DNA of 64,000 bases, taken from the NCBI GenBank assembly GCA_964631125.1, contig CAZVYN010000002.1, forward strand, positions 1,309-65,308, given 5' to 3'. The stretch comes from an uncultured bacterium. GTDB taxonomy: Bacteria; Eisenbacteria; RBG-16-71-46; CAIMUX01. The notes beneath the pieces were generated by a model that was not told the DNA's origin, made no database searches, and saw nothing but the letters and a program-made list of their open reading frames with translations. The translations under genes were made by a program, and so were the position numbers. Below, one piece after another: positions 62,128 through 64,000 of this stretch. Every line of letters begins with the position of its first letter. The stretch's first letter is position 1.

Positions 62128-63485
62128 AAGGCGAGGGAGGCTGGGCGCGCTGGACGCTCTTGCTCGTGCTCGTCGCGGCCATCGCCGGGCTGCTCGCGAT
62201 GCTTCTCCTGGGCAACATCGCCGAACGCAAGCAAGAGGCGAAGAATCCGTTCTTCCGCGTGGTCGAACTGACCGATCAGACCGAGGACCCGGAGATCTGG
62301 GGGAAGAACTTCCCCTATCAGTACGACGGATACCGACGCACGGTCGACCAGACGCGCACGCGCTACGGCGGGAGCGAGGCGATCGCGCGGACTCCTTCGG
62401 ACGCAGACCCGAGATCGATCGTCGCGCAGTCGCGACTGGAAGAAGATCCCCGGCTGAAGCGGATGTGGGACGGCTACGCGTTCTCCGTCGACTTCCGCGA
62501 GGAGCGGGGCCATGCCTTCATGTTGGTCGATCAGGAGTTCACCGACCGGCAGCATGCCGCCAAACAACCGGGGGCCTGCTTGCACTGCCACGCTTCGGTC
62601 TATCTGGCCTACGAGAAGCTGGGCGACGGCGACATCACCGCCGGCTTCGAGAAGATGAACCAGATGCCGTACGCCGAGGCGCGCCAGCACGTCACGCATC
62701 CGGTCGCGTGTATCGACTGCCACGACCCCGAGACAATGCAGCTCCGCGTGACGCGACCCGGGTTCCTGGAGGGGATCCGGGCGCTCGAGGCGATGAAGGG
62801 AGTCGCCGACTACGATCCGAACACGATGGCCACGCGCCAGGAGATGCGCAGCTTCGTCTGCGGCCAGTGCCACGTGGAGTACTACTTCAAGGGTCCGGAG
62901 AAGCGGCTCACCTACCCATGGGCGAAGGGGCTGAAGATCGAGCAGGTGCTCGAGTACTACGACGAGGATGGGCACAAGGACTGGACGCACGCTCGGACAG
63001 GGGCCGACGTCCTGAAAGCGCAGCACCCGGAATTCGAGATGTGGAGTCAGGGCATCCACGCGCGGTCGGGCGTTGCGTGCGCCGACTGTCACATGCCGTA
63101 CCAGCGAGTCGGGGCGCTCAAGGTGAGCGACCACCACATTCGCAGCCCGCTGCTGAACGTGAACGCGGCGTGTCAGTCCTGCCACCACTTTCCGGAAGCC
63201 GAGATGCTCGCGCGCGCGGAGCAGATCCAGTCGCGCACCTTCGCGCTGCGTAATCGCGCGATGGATGCGCTCGTCGATCTGATCGACGACCTAGAGGAAG
63301 CTACCGTGGCGGGTCGGACGGATGAGGCGATCGGCGAGGCGCGGCGGCTGCAGCGGCAGGCGCAGTTCCGGCTCGACTACGTCGAGGCGGAGAACTCGAT
63401 GGGGTTTCATGCGCCGCAGGAGGCGGCAAGGATCTTGGCGGAGTCGATCGACTACTCGAGGCAGGGGCAGTTGATTTTGAAGTAA
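62124..63485 (+). CDS. nrfA: NrfA, pentahaem cytochrome c nitrite reductase (all five haem motifs CxxCH)
   Basis: ATGA overlap with nrfH. A TM/signal anchor is present. The haem motifs are CLHCH, CIDCH, CGQCH, CADCH and CQSCH. Length is 453 aa. Confidence 0.9.
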   Translation: MKGEGGWARWTLLLVLVAAIAGLLAMLLLGNIAERKQEAKNPFFRVVELTDQTEDPEIWGKNFPYQYDGYRRTVDQTRTRYGGSEAIARTPSDADPRSIVAQSRLEEDPRLKRMWDGYAFSVDFREERGHAFMLVDQEFTDRQHAAKQPGACLHCHASVYLAYEKLGDGDITAGFEKMNQMPYAEARQHVTHPVACIDCHDPETMQLRVTRPGFLEGIRALEAMKGVADYDPNTMATRQEMRSFVCGQCHVEYYFKGPEKRLTYPWAKGLKIEQVLEYYDEDGHKDWTHARTGADVLKAQHPEFEMWSQGIHARSGVACADCHMPYQRVGALKVSDHHIRSPLLNVNAACQSCHHFPEAEMLARAEQIQSRTFALRNRAMDALVDLIDDLEEATVAGRTDEAIGEARRLQRQAQFRLDYVEAENSMGFHAPQEAARILAESIDYSRQGQLILK

Positions 63486-63515
63486 CCCGCCGCGTTGCGC
63501 GGCGGGTTGCTTTCT
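63485..63515 (+). terminator. Probable intrinsic terminator after nrfA
   Basis: 10-bp stem ACCCGCCGCG / CGCGGCGGGT immediately after TAA, followed by TGCTTTCT (a weak U-tract). Confidence 0.55.
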
Positions 63516-63585
63516 GGCGACTCCGAGATGAACTCGAGGTTGCCTGGGTCTGTTGGGGTTCGAGTGGAAACGCTGTAAATGAGGT

Positions 63586-63608
63586 ACGCCGCGCGCAGCG
63601 CGCGGCGT
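63586..63608 (-). terminator. Hairpin immediately downstream of the thioredoxin-like gene
   Basis: Perfect 10-bp stem ACGCCGCGCG / CGCGCGGCGT with a 3-nt loop, 1 nt after the stop codon. The U-tract is weak. Confidence 0.45.
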
Positions 63609-63609
63609 G

Positions 63610-64000
63610 TCAGATTCCTCTGATCAGCGCGTTCCTGACGGAACGCGCTAATTCTTCTCCTCTACACGCCTCCCCCATCCCCGCCAACGATCCGTCTCGT
63701 CCCACCAGCACCGGATTCGGGATCCCCGTCACCATGTACGCGGCGACCAACGGACCCTTCCAGTCCTGCTGGTCGTACATGTGGCGCCACGGCATGCCGT
63801 TCTCTGCGATCCACGCGCGGTAGGCCTCGGGCGTCGTCTTGTCGGCGTAGTCGAGAGAGATGGACAGGACCTCGAAGCCCTCGGGGTGGAGCTGCTCATA
63901 GGCGGCCTGGAGCGCCGGCAACTCCGCGCGGCAGGGTCCGCACCAAGTGGCCCAGAAGTCGATCAAGAGGACCTTGCCTTTGTACTGATCGAGGGAGACC
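63610..64000 (-). CDS. TlpA/ResA-like thioredoxin-fold thiol-disulfide oxidoreductase (5-prime end beyond the window)
   Basis: The active site is FWATWCGPCRAELP. The frame stays open to position 64000 (…KGKVLLIDFWATWCGPC). Confidence 0.85.
   Translation of the reverse strand, partial: VSLDQYKGKVLLIDFWATWCGPCRAELPALQAAYEQLHPEGFEVLSISLDYADKTTPEAYRAWIAENGMPWRHMYDQQDWKGPLVAAYMVTGIPNPVLVGRDGSLAGMGEACRGEELARSVRNALIRGI

Noticed and set aside
1-64000. tRNA, rRNA, transposase, integrase or toxin-antitoxin genes
   Set aside because: Intergenic regions were read for T-loop-like GGTTCGAATCC strings and for ORFs with DDE, tyrosine-recombinase or TA-like features. None was seen. Absence is by eye only, and a tRNAscan/Infernal run would be decisive.

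Overview
This is a GC-rich, densely coding bacterial chromosomal segment with about 48 protein genes. I recognised no rRNA, tRNA, CRISPR array, transposase or integrase. G+C was not computed. Long arginine/proline-rich shadow ORFs on the opposite strand of nearly every real gene fit a high-GC genome.

Modules, left to right:
1. An SDR oxidoreductase and a flavoprotein-polyferredoxin fusion.
2. A minus-strand GH57 alpha-glucan operon (GH57/DUF3536, Rho_N-disordered-DUF4912, GH57 branching enzyme, unknown secreted protein).
3. Secreted or outer-membrane proteins and a Ser/Thr kinase.
4. An accessory-looking stretch (about 19.9-30.7 kb). It holds an orphan SctV/FlhA-family type III export gate, a TolB-like lipoprotein gene broken by an in-frame TAG, a lower-GC islet with a Cys-rich Hint-domain protein and a large S8 peptidase, a decayed second copy of the TolB-like gene, and a Gly/Asn-rich harpin- or translocator-like protein.
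5. A compact clade-II-type nitrous oxide reductase cluster (cytochrome c, nosZ, nosD, nosF, nosL, nosY, one membrane protein), followed by an Rrf2 regulator and a nitronate monooxygenase-like gene.
6. Secreted protease and tail-fibre-like genes.
7. A radical-SAM-like gene translationally coupled to a RIC/YtfE di-iron protein.
8. Housekeeping genes (ettA, an aspartokinase/diaminopimelate-decarboxylase fusion, an RRM RNA-binding protein, rtcB).
9. nrfHA (cytochrome c nitrite reductase).

Seven secreted proteins share a FlgD-Ig/T9SS-like C-terminal domain.

Features not explained by gene calls:
- A three-member family of about 54-bp palindromes with conserved CTTGTGAAAA/TTTTCACAAG ends and compensatory stem changes.
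- Several gene lesions: three 1-nt frame changes, one in-frame TAG, and one missing start codon. These may be assembly errors or real decay and need read-level checking.

All functional calls come from motifs read by eye in the supplied translations. No database search was run.
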